Positions 56,932 to 64,000 of a DNA stretch of 64,000 nt are shown in pieces (within the stretch, counting starts at the first letter, position 1; the number at the start of each line of letters is the position of its first letter). The notes beneath the pieces are model-generated. The model searched no databases. It was not told the DNA's origin and saw only the letters and a list, made by a program, of their open reading frames with translations. The stretch spans positions 93,714 to 157,713 of IMG/VR virus record IMGVR_UViG_3300043570_001741, one strand, 5' to 3'. This DNA is from a virus. The translations under genes and the position numbers were made by a program.

Positions 56932-58296
56932 ATGCCAATCTCAAGAATTACAGCTAATAGTATTACAGCAAACACGATTACATCTGCAGCTCTGGCCAAC
57001 ACTGGCGTAACATCCGGTGTTTATGGTGGTGCTGGTGCTATTCCAATTATCACAGTCGATTCTGTTGGTAGACTGACAAGTGCAGCTAATGTTGCAATTA
57101 GCGGCAGTAGTGTAAAATTATCTTCACGTTCATCTAATACAATATTAGGTGTAAATGATAACTCTTATGTAATTAACCTCAGTAGTACATTTACACAAAC
57201 ATTCACCGCTGCAGCAACTTTAGGTGACGGTTGGTTCTGTTACCTAAAGAATGGTGGTTCAGGTGACATTACACTTGATCCAAACGCAAGCGAAACGATT
57301 GATGGCTTAACAAGTTTTGTAATGTATCCTGGCGAAGTTCGATTGGTTCAATGTACAGGAACAGCATTTACTTCTATAGTTTTAGATACGTTTAAAAAAA
57401 CAATAACTTCAACAGGAGCATTTATTACTCCACCTGGTTACACACAATTGTCTTTAAGAATGTGGGGTGGCGGTGGAGGTGGTGGAGGTGGTAGAGGCGC
57501 AGGTGCACCCGGTCGTTACTCAGGTGCCGGTGGCGCTGGCGGTGGCCAACATATTGCAACTTTTGAAAGTACAGCAGGAACATCCACTACAGTAACTATT
57601 GGTGCCGGCGGCACAGCTGGAGCAGGTGGCCTATCTTCTTCTTCTGATGGTACAGCTGGTGGAGATACTTCTTTTGGCACACAGTTCTATGCTTATGGTG
57701 GTTATTTTGGCCACACCGCAAGCTCAGGCGCTTCTGGCCTAAGCGGCGGCGGCGGAGGTATATTGAGTGCTGGTACTTCAACCACTGGTGGTAATCCTAA
57801 AATGCCTGGTTCCAGTACTACTGGTGTTATTGTTTATGGTGATAGAGGCACAAGTGAAAATTTTTGTATGAATTTTGGATTTGGCGGTGGTGCTCCTAGT
57901 TCCGGAAATCTAGGCTATACTGAATATGGTGGGTCAGCTGGTGGTAGCAATTCTTCTAGAGGATCGAATAGTATATTTGGTGCTACAGGTGGGGGTTCAG
58001 GAGAACAAATGGATGGGTCTGGTAACCCCGGCAACGGCGGTGTAGGTTTCCAAGGCGGTGGCATTGGTTACACAACAGCTTACACTAATGGAGCTTTGCA
58101 CAGCACTAACGGTGTAGTATTAAGTAGTGGCAGTGGAGGCGGTGGCGGCGGAGGTGCTTCTGGTGGTGTAAGTGGCGGTTCTGGCGCAACTCCAGGTGGA
58201 GGTGGCGGAGGAGGCGGTGCAAACTTTGGCGGTGGTAATGGCGGTTCTGGCGGTGCTGGTGGAAACGGACTTTGTATTATTTGGGGGATTGTATAA
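56932..58296 (+). CDS. Glycine-rich tail fibre protein
   Basis: TGV.SG.YGG...IP linker, ETIDG domain, GGGGGGG glycine-rich C-terminal domain. Confidence 0.8.
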   Translation: MPISRITANSITANTITSAALANTGVTSGVYGGAGAIPIITVDSVGRLTSAANVAISGSSVKLSSRSSNTILGVNDNSYVINLSSTFTQTFTAAATLGDGWFCYLKNGGSGDITLDPNASETIDGLTSFVMYPGEVRLVQCTGTAFTSIVLDTFKKTITSTGAFITPPGYTQLSLRMWGGGGGGGGGRGAGAPGRYSGAGGAGGGQHIATFESTAGTSTTVTIGAGGTAGAGGLSSSSDGTAGGDTSFGTQFYAYGGYFGHTASSGASGLSGGGGGILSAGTSTTGGNPKMPGSSTTGVIVYGDRGTSENFCMNFGFGGGAPSSGNLGYTEYGGSAGGSNSSRGSNSIFGATGGGSGEQMDGSGNPGNGGVGFQGGGIGYTTAYTNGALHSTNGVVLSSGSGGGGGGGASGGVSGGSGATPGGGGGGGGANFGGGNGGSGGAGGNGLCIIWGIV

Positions 58297-58550
58297 TGAG
58301 AGCTTTAGTAATCAAAAATGGAATTGTTGTTAATGCTATTTTGGTAGAATCATTAGATGTTTTACCAAACTTAATAACAGACACAGACAGTCAAGGTAAA
58401 GTTGGAAACATTGGTGATTCATGGAATGGAAATACATTCACAACACCTGAACCAGTTGTACCTGAACCTGTTGTTACACCAACACCAACAAAAGAAGAAT
58501 TGTTGGCTCAACTTCAAGCACTTACTGCTAAAATCGAAGCATTAGAATAA
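58296..58550 (+). CDS. Small fibre-associated protein (start moved from 58272)
   Basis: TAATG coupling; A.I.NG.V.N...IG..W.G..F..P pattern with C-terminal coil. Confidence 0.7.
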   Translation: MRALVIKNGIVVNAILVESLDVLPNLITDTDSQGKVGNIGDSWNGNTFTTPEPVVPEPVVTPTPTKEELLAQLQALTAKIEALE

Positions 58551-58560
58551 CACAGTTCCA

Positions 58561-58600
58561 AACTCCCAGTTTGACTAAATAGGTAATTAAATTGGGAGTT
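58561..58600 (+). promoter_or_regulatory. SD-sequestering RNA hairpin with late promoter in its loop
   Basis: 14-bp stem AACTCCCAGTTTGA / TTAAATTGGGAGTT with two G-U pairs; ACTAAATA 58574-58581; GGGAG SD in the 3' arm; TTG start at 58605. Confidence 0.75.
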
Positions 58601-58604
58601 AATT

Positions 58605-58940
58605 TTGGCCGCTTATTCCGAGATAACGATTGAACAATACGCATCTTTTTCCTCTACAATCAATGTAGAAGATACTGCTGGCGATGCTATTAATCTATAT
58701 GGTTATAGCGCATCATCACAACTGCGTAAATCGTTCTATTCAACAACAGCAACTAACTTCACCGCTTCTGTCACAGGCACAGCAAACGGTGAAGTAACTA
58801 TTTCCATGACCTCGGCTAACACAGCCAACTTAACTCCTGGTCGTTATATGTACGATGTTATTATTACTTCTCCACAATCTGTGACAACCAGAGTAGTTGA
58901 AGGAATTGTGGTAGTAGCACCTGGAGTAACACGCATATAA
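58605..58940 (+). CDS. Conserved small virion protein (BppU-N/Ig-like)
   Basis: I.Q.A.F..T...NL.GY....QLRK...GRY.YDV...TRVVEG.V.V.PGVT; TTG start. Confidence 0.8.
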   Translation: MAAYSEITIEQYASFSSTINVEDTAGDAINLYGYSASSQLRKSFYSTTATNFTASVTGTANGEVTISMTSANTANLTPGRYMYDVIITSPQSVTTRVVEGIVVVAPGVTRI

Positions 58941-59197
58941 TGGCTATAATAGCTAAAATTAATACAACAGGTTCTATTGGAAGAACAACACTCAACCAGT
59001 CAAATAGGACCACGATTGTTTCCAATAATTTTCGACCAAAACCAAACGTATCTATTAATGAAGTTGGTGGAGTTTCGACAGCGGGTGTTGCCAATGGTTA
59101 CACTTTTGTTTTTAACTCAACAACAAACACTTTCGAGGTTCAACCAACAACAGACCTCACAGGCACAATAACAATAATAACTGGAGGCACTTTTTAA
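58940..59197 (+). CDS. Small virion protein
   Basis: NG..FVFNS.T..F motif; ends ITGGTF. Confidence 0.7.
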   Translation: MAIIAKINTTGSIGRTTLNQSNRTTIVSNNFRPKPNVSINEVGGVSTAGVANGYTFVFNSTTNTFEVQPTTDLTGTITIITGGTF

Positions 59198-60589
59198 ATG
59201 GCCAATACTGTAATTCAACTTAAATTTTCCACGGTAAATGCGGCGCCAACAACGCTAAACGTTGCAGAACCAGCGTATTCGTATGTAAGTAACGTTGCAT
59301 ACATTGGTTCTCCAGCAGGTACCGGTGCAATTGCTATTGGTGGTAAATTCTACCTTGACCAACAAGCAGGTATCTTCAACTTAGTTAACGCTGCGTTTAC
59401 AACTGCTAATGCGGCAGGAACTTCAACGTTTGCACAAGACGGTTACACTAAGGCCAACAATGCATTCCATCAGGCAAATGCTGCCTTTACAGTTGCTAAT
59501 GCATCCATATTAATTGATGCTACACAGAACAATAGTATTACAGCTGCATTTACACAGGCCAACCTTGCTGTATCAAATGCAGGTAGCGCTTCAATTTATG
59601 CTAACGGTGCCTTTGCGGCAGCCAATTCAGCAGCTACATTATCAGCTGCAACAGATTTAACACAGAATAACAGTATCGTAGCCGCATTCACCCGTGCTAA
59701 TAATTCTATTAGTGCTAATGCAGGCGGTACAATCACCGGTGATTTGGTAATTACTGGTAACTTTACAGTTAGTGGCGCAACTACTTACGCTAATACAACC
59801 AACGTTCAACTTGGTGATAACATTATCACATTGAATGCTGACCTTCCAGTTTCAGTTGCACCATCTGAGAACGCTGGTTTTGAAATCAATCGTGGTAATG
59901 CATTAGCGAATGCTTCTTTTCTATGGGTTGAAGCTTCTGGTAAATGGCAAGCCAACAGCGGTGCTGCAACAGGTGCATACTTTATTGGTTCTGAGTCAAA
60001 TGGTGTTTATGCTAACGGTGCTTTCATTCAGGCCAATGCCGCATTTACAACTGCTAACCAAAGTTTAGCAGTTAATCTTACACAAAACAACAGCATTACA
60101 GCTGCATTTACTCAAGCAAATACTGCGGTAGCAAATGCTGGTGGTGCTTCAATCTATGCAAATGGTGCCTTTGCTGCGGCCAATACTGCTTCAATTTACG
60201 CTAACGGTGCATTTGCTGCAGCTAATAGTGCTTCAATCTATGCGAACGGTGCATTTACTAGGGCTAACACAGACGTTACAAACATTGCGATTTCGGCTGC
60301 CGATTTCGGTTCTGCATCTTCTGTTGCATCATTTAAACTTGAGGCAAACGGTCGTATCAGTACCGCTAACTCTACTTCTATTGCAATTTCGGCCTCTGCT
60401 ATTACTTCTGGTACACTAGGTGTCGCTCGAGGCGGTACAGGTGCAGCCACATTTACAACAAACGGTGTCTTGTTAGGTCAAGGTACTGGTGCAGTTTCTA
60501 CAGCATCGTCTTCAACAGAAGGCCATGTATTGACTATAAATAATGCAGGTGTTCCAACCTTCTCACATTTGCAAGGTGGAACATTCTAA
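59198..60589 (+). CDS. Tail fibre protein with Ala/Asn coiled-coil repeats
   Basis: MAN..IQLK.S.....P..L...E.AYS N-terminus; TQNNSITAAF and YANGAF repeats; ends GGTF. Confidence 0.8.
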   Translation: MANTVIQLKFSTVNAAPTTLNVAEPAYSYVSNVAYIGSPAGTGAIAIGGKFYLDQQAGIFNLVNAAFTTANAAGTSTFAQDGYTKANNAFHQANAAFTVANASILIDATQNNSITAAFTQANLAVSNAGSASIYANGAFAAANSAATLSAATDLTQNNSIVAAFTRANNSISANAGGTITGDLVITGNFTVSGATTYANTTNVQLGDNIITLNADLPVSVAPSENAGFEINRGNALANASFLWVEASGKWQANSGAATGAYFIGSESNGVYANGAFIQANAAFTTANQSLAVNLTQNNSITAAFTQANTAVANAGGASIYANGAFAAANTASIYANGAFAAANSASIYANGAFTRANTDVTNIAISAADFGSASSVASFKLEANGRISTANSTSIAISASAITSGTLGVARGGTGAATFTTNGVLLGQGTGAVSTASSSTEGHVLTINNAGVPTFSHLQGGTF

Positions 60590-60612
60590 TATTATCGTGA
60601 AAAGGAGTTGTT

Positions 60613-61113
60613 ATGAGTGTGGAATTTTCAAACACTTATCAGGAGATTCTGCTTGACAATTTAATGTCAATCATTAAGCAGAATTTCATGTTTCAAACTC
60701 AACTAAAAATGGTTGAGGACACTGGTACACAGAAGGCAGAATTAGAGGCAAAGTTGGCTGAAGCTCAAAATCAATACAATGCTATTCGTCCATTGGTCGA
60801 GGAAATAGAATCGTATAAACAGAGAGCTTTACAGAATACTTCAGCACATCAGGAAAAAGATAGAATACAATCTGCGCTAAATGATTACATGCGTAAACAT
60901 GCAGATTTGCAAGCAGTGATAACAGAGAGAGATGGAGAAATTGGCAAGCTTAAAGAATACATTGATAAACTTGAGCAAGCAGTTCCTATTTCTAAATTGA
61001 AGAAGATTAATCCTGACAAGAAGTTTGAAGAACCAACACCAGCGCCTGTACTTTTACTTGAAGAACCACCAATCACCAAAAAACAAGAAGTAAAAGACGG
61101 TAGTTCGTTCTAA
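60613..61113 (+). CDS. Coiled-coil hypothetical protein
   Basis: AAGGAG SD; long heptads; ends DGSSF. Confidence 0.75.
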   Translation: MSVEFSNTYQEILLDNLMSIIKQNFMFQTQLKMVEDTGTQKAELEAKLAEAQNQYNAIRPLVEEIESYKQRALQNTSAHQEKDRIQSALNDYMRKHADLQAVITERDGEIGKLKEYIDKLEQAVPISKLKKINPDKKFEEPTPAPVLLLEEPPITKKQEVKDGSSF

Positions 61114-64000
61114 TGGCAAATACAACAATTCAGATTAAGCACTCAACGGTTGCAGGTAATGTTCCTGCAACCTTGGCCAATGGTGAGATTTCCATCAACT
61201 CAGCTGATGGTAAGATTTTCTATGCGAAACCCAATGGTGCAATATTTTTTATATCAACAGATACCGCAACTGGTCCTGCTGGTCTGAATGGTGAAGTCCA
61301 ATTTAATGATTCAGGTGTTCTAGGTTCAACTGCGAACCTTTCTATCATAAAGGCCAATGGCACACTCACAGTTGGTGGTAGTGTCAGGTCAGCTGGTTCT
61401 CCTGGCGATTCCTCTTTTATATCAAGAGGCACCAATCAAAAAGGTGGTGCAAATTATCATGGTTTCTTAGAGGCTCATAACTCAACTGCGGCAAATGGTT
61501 CTAAACATTTCCGTGTGAACAGCATTGGTGATATGGAAGTTGTTAATAGTGGTTATACAGCCACTATTCTTTCATTAACAGATGCTGGTGTTTTAAGTAC
61601 ACCTGCACTTGCGACAACTGGTTATGTCCAGTTCTCCGATGGTACAAGACAATATACTGCCAATGCTGGTTCAGGTGGTGGTACAGTTACATCTGTTGGT
61701 GGTGTATCTGGTGCAATCTCCAATACTCAACTTCTTGGTTTTATTACCTCAGTTGATGGTGCAGGTTCTGGTCTTGATGCTGACTTATTGGATGGTTTAA
61801 ACAGCACATCATTTGCAAACACAACAACTACTGATGCAATTAATGTTACACAAAACAATAGTATCACGGCCTCTTTTACGCAGGCCAATCTTGCTATTGT
61901 TAATGCATTATCAGCAAGTAACTATGCTAATGGTGCTTTTGCAGTTGCTAATGCAGCTACAACAACAAACCTCACACAAAACAATAGTTTAACAGCGGCC
62001 TTTGTTCAGGCTAATGCCGCTTACACAAGAGCAAACAATAGTCTGAATGCTAACACTGGTGGCACAATCACCGGTAACGTCATCATATCAAGTAATGTAA
62101 CAATTACTGGTAATGGTGCATCATTAACCATCCAGTCTAATACTGCATTCGTAAGTCCAAATACACAAAACACCATCACCATGAGAATGTTGAATGGTGG
62201 AACATTGTCGTTCTCAGGTAATGCTGGCGAGTTGTTCTCTATTACCGACAGCATGGCTGCAGGTAGTATATTCTCAGTTAATGACATTTCTGGTTTGCCT
62301 GTTATTGATGTTGATGCCAATGGATGGATTTCCATGGCACAGTATGGCGGTAACGTCCACATCTACAATGCAGCCACCTCTGTATCTAACTCAACAGGCG
62401 CATTGGTTGTCGATGGAGGCGTTGGGGTAAGAGGGAACGTATATGCAGACGCAGTTTATGATGGAGGCGTTGAGGTCATTGCTTTTGCCAATGCAGCTTT
62501 CAATACTGCAAATGCCGCATTCATTTCTGCCAACTTGGCCAATGGTGTAGATACAACACAAAATAATAGTATTACTGCCGCATTTATTGCTGCAAATAGT
62601 GCCGGCATTTACGCTAATGGTGCCTTTACGGCAGCCAATGCAACTACAACATTACAGTCTGGTATCAATACAACTCAGAATACCAACATTACATCCGTAA
62701 CAAATACGGCTGAAGCTGCTTTCTTAGCAGGTAATACTGCTGCTACATTGCAGTCTACAATTAATACAACGCAAAATAATAGTATTACAGCTGCTTTCTT
62801 AGCTGCTAATTCAGCAGCCACTTTATCAGCAGCTACCGATGCAACTCAGAATACCAACATCACATCGGTAACAAATACGGCTGCAGCTGCTTTCTTAGCA
62901 GCCAATTCAGCTGCTACATTATCAGCTGCAACTGATGTAACTCAAAATAATTCCATAACGGCTGCTTTCTTGGCGGCTAACTCAGCTGCTACACTATCAG
63001 CTGCTACCGATTTAACACAGAACAATTCCATAACGGCCGCTTTTATCAGAGCTAATAATTCTATTAGCGCAAATGCGGGTGGTACAATCACTGGAGATTT
63101 AGTTGTTACTGGTAACTTAACAATTAGTGGTCAAACAACTTATTCCAATACAGTACAACTCTTAGTTGGTGACAACCTTATCACATTGAATGCTGAGTTA
63201 CCAACATCAGTAACACCAGTAGAAAATGCTGGTATTGAAATCAATCGTGGTAATACTTTTGCTAACTCATCACTATTGTGGATTGAGGCTTCTGGTAAGT
63301 GGCAAGCAAATAGTGGTTCTGCAACTGGTGCTTATTTCCTTGCTAATGAAGCCGTTGTTACAGCTGCTTTCTTAGCAGCCAATTCAGCAGCTACATTATC
63401 AGCTGCTACTGATGCAACACAAAACACCAACATCACATCGGTAACAAATACGGCTGCAGCTGCTTTCTTAGCAGGTAATACTGCTGCTACATTGCAGTCT
63501 ACAATTAATACTACACAAAACAATAGTATCACTGCCGCATTTATTGCTGCAAATAGTGCCGGCATTTACGCTAATGGTGCCTTTACGGCAGCCAATGCAG
63601 CTGTAACACTATCAGCTGCAACCGATTTAACACAGAACAATAGTATTACAGCATCTTTCATTGCAGCTAACTCTGCTGGAATTTATGCTAATGGTGCTTT
63701 TGCGGCAGCTAACGCAGCCACTACAACAAACACTACTCAAAACAATAGTATCACGGCTGCGTTTACTACGGCTAATAGTGCCGCAATTTACGCTAACGGT
63801 GCCTTCGCAGCTGCCAATGCAGCTACTGCTACAGATACAACTCAGAACAATAGTATTACAGCGGCATTTACCGCAGCCAATAACCGAGTATTAAAAACTG
63901 GCGATACGATGACCGGTAACTTGGTTATTGTAGGTACTTTATCTGCCACAACTAAGTCATTCGTAATTAAACATCCACTAAAAGAAGGTATGCAATTACG
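61113..64000 (+). CDS. Long tail fibre protein, truncated at window edge
   Basis: Not in the ORF track. MANTTIQIKHSTVAGNVPATLANGEISIN..., GSGLDADLLDG motif, TQNNSITAAF repeats, ends TKSFVIKHPLKEGMQL, which resembles the start of an intramolecular chaperone domain. Confidence 0.85.
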   Translation, partial: MANTTIQIKHSTVAGNVPATLANGEISINSADGKIFYAKPNGAIFFISTDTATGPAGLNGEVQFNDSGVLGSTANLSIIKANGTLTVGGSVRSAGSPGDSSFISRGTNQKGGANYHGFLEAHNSTAANGSKHFRVNSIGDMEVVNSGYTATILSLTDAGVLSTPALATTGYVQFSDGTRQYTANAGSGGGTVTSVGGVSGAISNTQLLGFITSVDGAGSGLDADLLDGLNSTSFANTTTTDAINVTQNNSITASFTQANLAIVNALSASNYANGAFAVANAATTTNLTQNNSLTAAFVQANAAYTRANNSLNANTGGTITGNVIISSNVTITGNGASLTIQSNTAFVSPNTQNTITMRMLNGGTLSFSGNAGELFSITDSMAAGSIFSVNDISGLPVIDVDANGWISMAQYGGNVHIYNAATSVSNSTGALVVDGGVGVRGNVYADAVYDGGVEVIAFANAAFNTANAAFISANLANGVDTTQNNSITAAFIAANSAGIYANGAFTAANATTTLQSGINTTQNTNITSVTNTAEAAFLAGNTAATLQSTINTTQNNSITAAFLAANSAATLSAATDATQNTNITSVTNTAAAAFLAANSAATLSAATDVTQNNSITAAFLAANSAATLSAATDLTQNNSITAAFIRANNSISANAGGTITGDLVVTGNLTISGQTTYSNTVQLLVGDNLITLNAELPTSVTPVENAGIEINRGNTFANSSLLWIEASGKWQANSGSATGAYFLANEAVVTAAFLAANSAATLSAATDATQNTNITSVTNTAAAAFLAGNTAATLQSTINTTQNNSITAAFIAANSAGIYANGAFTAANAAVTLSAATDLTQNNSITASFIAANSAGIYANGAFAAANAATTTNTTQNNSITAAFTTANSAAIYANGAFAAANAATATDTTQNNSITAAFTAANNRVLKTGDTMTGNLVIVGTLSATTKSFVIKHPLKEGMQL
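62574..62642 (+). repeat. 69-bp perfect direct repeat, second copy at 63531-63599
   Basis: ACTGCCGCATTTATTGCTGCAAATAGTGCC...GGCAGCCAATGCA at both sites. Confidence 0.9.

Noticed and set aside
1-64000. tRNA genes, introns, homing endonucleases, integrase or IS elements
   Set aside because: Intergenic gaps are short and explained by promoters or terminators. No cloverleaf, HNH/GIY-YIG or recombinase motif was recognised by eye; tRNAscan-SE and Infernal were not run.
1-64000. Host assignment or alternative genetic code
   Set aside because: No host-diagnostic gene is present; the lipobox, RmlC and SleB only loosely fit a Gram-negative host. Genes are intact under the standard code with TAA, TGA and TAG all used as stops.

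Overview
This window is from a lytic, AT-rich T4-like myovirus genome, not a bacterial chromosome. From left to right: (i) 1-2066, a late-promoter pair of secreted proteins on the minus strand, one extremely Asn-rich. (ii) 2.2-20.4 kb, an early/middle region on the plus strand. It holds a metallophosphoesterase, RNase H, a cytidylyltransferase/GT2/RmlC sugar module, ClpP, small hypervariable ORFs behind repeated sigma70 promoters, GP88, a wHTH protein, MazG-like, AbrB-like, a pyrimidine-dimer glycosylase, an exonuclease, a cupin, a SleB-like hydrolase, dsbA, gp33, gp59, a HAD nucleotidase and gp32, and ends at a UUCG terminator. (iii) 20.5-25.1 kb, a minus-strand late block: gp4, gp2, gp54-like tube protein, gp26, gp51 and a tape-measure/lysozyme protein. 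(iv) 25.2-64 kb, plus-strand baseplate genes (gp48, 53, 27, split gp5, 25, 6, 7, 8, VrlC-like) and a long array of paralogous fibre/receptor-binding genes with an embedded sigma70-driven glycosyltransferase cassette. The most notable unannotated signals are: a probable -1 ribosomal frameshift fusing gp26 to gp51 in lambda G-GT position; a TGTTG-N8-CAACA palindrome helically phased upstream of five early promoters, with a wHTH candidate regulator; an SD-sequestering hairpin with a late promoter in its loop; several apparently leaderless genes; and a secreted amyloid-like Asn-rich protein. All family calls come from motif recognition and synteny by eye; no database searches were run.
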